Positions 32,715 through 33,624 of a DNA stretch of 33,624 bases are shown here, piece after piece. The stretch covers positions 29,931 to 63,554 of the forward strand of contig PCWJ01000024.1 of NCBI GenBank assembly GCA_002787295.1. Direction: 5' to 3'. Numbering within the stretch: the stretch's first letter is position 1; each line of letters starts with the position of its first letter. The notes under the pieces were generated by a model. The model did not search any database, was not told the DNA's origin, and worked only from the letters and a program-made list of their open reading frames with translations. Source of the stretch: Candidatus Nealsonbacteria bacterium CG11_big_fil_rev_8_21_14_0_20_37_68. Lineage in GTDB: Bacteria; Patescibacteriota; Minisyncoccia; Minisyncoccales; GCA-002782225. The translations under genes were made by a program, and so were the position numbers.

Positions 32715-33452
32715 ATGCCAATAAAACATCCACAATTTGTTAATGGAGAAATCTATCACATTATAGTTAGGGGAATTGCCGGTCAAAAAACTTTTTTAGA
32801 CGATAAAGATCGTCTGAGATATCTTTTTAATTTGTATAAATTTAATAATAAAAATATAGTTATTCGTAATCCCTCTTACCGGGAAGCCATCCCGGTAGTC
32901 TACCGGGATGGCTTCCCGGTGCTGTTGGAGACAGAAAGGGAAAAGCCAAGAGATTTATTAATTGAACTTTTAGCCGTTTGTTTAGTGCCCAATCATATTC
33001 ATTTATTAGTTCGTCAGGCTGACGACGGCGGTGTTTCTTTATTTTTCCAAAAAATGGGCGGTTATGCCAGTTATTTTAATAAAAAATACCAAAGATTTGG
33101 TTCTTTATTTCAGCGACCATTTAAAGCTATTCATATCAAAACTAATGACCAATTATTAATTGTCACTACCTATATTCATTTAAATTTAATTGATTTAATT
33201 GAGCCAAACTGGAAAATTAAGGGTATTTCCGATCCTCAAAAGATTATGGATTTTTTAGAAACTTATCCTTGGTCAAGCTATCCTTATTATTTGGGAAAAT
33301 CAAATCTTTCTTGGCTAATTAATTCTGATTTTCTAAATAAAATTTTAAAAAGGCCCGAGGATTTTCGGAATTTTGTTAAGGCTCGGATTTTTCAGAAAAC
33401 TGAACTAAAAAATTTTTTAAAGAAGACCAAAGAAATTGAGAAGTTTTTCTGA
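32715..33452 (+). CDS. REP-associated tyrosine transposase-like protein (HUH / Y1, IS200-like fold)
   Basis: 245 aa. N-terminal YHIIVRG, HUH motif in PNHIHLLV, and a Tyr ~57 aa downstream in TTYIHLN. No TnpB partner. Flanked and interrupted by related palindromes. Confidence 0.8.
   Translation: MPIKHPQFVNGEIYHIIVRGIAGQKTFLDDKDRLRYLFNLYKFNNKNIVIRNPSYREAIPVVYRDGFPVLLETEREKPRDLLIELLAVCLVPNHIHLLVRQADDGGVSLFFQKMGGYASYFNKKYQRFGSLFQRPFKAIHIKTNDQLLIVTTYIHLNLIDLIEPNWKIKGISDPQKIMDFLETYPWSSYPYYLGKSNLSWLINSDFLNKILKRPEDFRNFVKARIFQKTELKNFLKKTKEIEKFF
32878..32920. repeat. 43-nt palindrome inside the RAYT CDS
   Basis: ACCGGGAAGCCATCCCGGTA-gtc-TACCGGGATGGCTTCCCGGT, with 20-bp perfect arms. Each arm is itself a small hairpin. 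Confidence 0.9.
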
Positions 33453-33455
33453 TAG

Positions 33456-33480
33456 TCTACCGGGAAGACTTCCCGGTAGA
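33456..33480. repeat. REP-like palindrome, right of the RAYT gene
   Basis: 12-bp perfect arms TCTACCGGGAAG/CTTCCCGGTAGA around a central a. Starts 4 nt after the RAYT stop. Confidence 0.88.
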
Positions 33481-33624
33481 ATTTGTCAACAGGTTATCCA
33501 CAGCTAATGTACTTTTGGACTGTTTCTATTTGAAAATTAAGTGAATTTAAGTTGATTTGACAAATTTCTTTGAACCATTAATATCAAAATTGTCTGATTT
33601 TAAACTCTTAAAACCTAAAAAAAA

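Larger units (their letters stand above)
32488..33480 (+). mobile_element. Candidate RAYT unit: transposase gene bracketed by inverted REP-like palindromes
   Basis: Left: CCGGGAAG-t-CTTCCCGGTAG at 32488-32507. Right: TCTACCGGGAAG-a-CTTCCCGGTAGA at 33456-33480. The central base and flanks show they are in opposite orientation. Confidence 0.65.

Noticed and set aside
1-33624. CRISPR arrays, rRNA genes, prophage or defence islands.
   Set aside because: There are no regularly spaced direct repeats with unique spacers. The tandem repeats seen are contiguous 7- or 16-mers. No rRNA-like sequence is present. Gene content is housekeeping apart from the RAYT locus.

Overview
The window is AT-rich, tightly packed and mostly housekeeping. 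I support 27 CDS. They cover DNA metabolism and competence (topA, dprA, ligA, mfd, comEC), translation and maturation (pth, lepB, hisS, rpsU, yqeY-like, ybeY) and division (ftsA, ftsZ). They also cover anaerobic ribonucleotide reduction (nrdD, nrdG), proteostasis (lon, htrA-like, clpB, a degenerate protease paralogue) and a five-gene envelope-glycan block. The last gene is a RAYT-like HUH/Y1 transposase. Domain-minimised proteins (690-aa Mfd, 310-aa FtsZ, 531-aa ComEC), class III RNR and the competence genes suggest a reduced anaerobic bacterium, possibly CPR/Patescibacteria; this is inference only. I see no rRNA, tRNA or CRISPR array. The main signal is not a gene. It is a network of short GC-rich palindromic modules that stand out against the AT-rich background and recur in several related families. 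They fill intergenic spacers (10158-10350, 14252-14458, 17395-17470, 22885-22952, 26498-26725). They also sit in-frame inside protein-coding genes: topA, mfd, comEC, htrA and the transposase gene itself. The RAYT-like gene at 32715-33452 is bracketed by inverted copies of one such palindrome. Together this looks like a REP/RAYT-type system whose elements colonise essential ORFs, as Rickettsia palindromic elements do. All coordinates of repeats and hairpins come from hand indexing and may be off by 1-2 nt.
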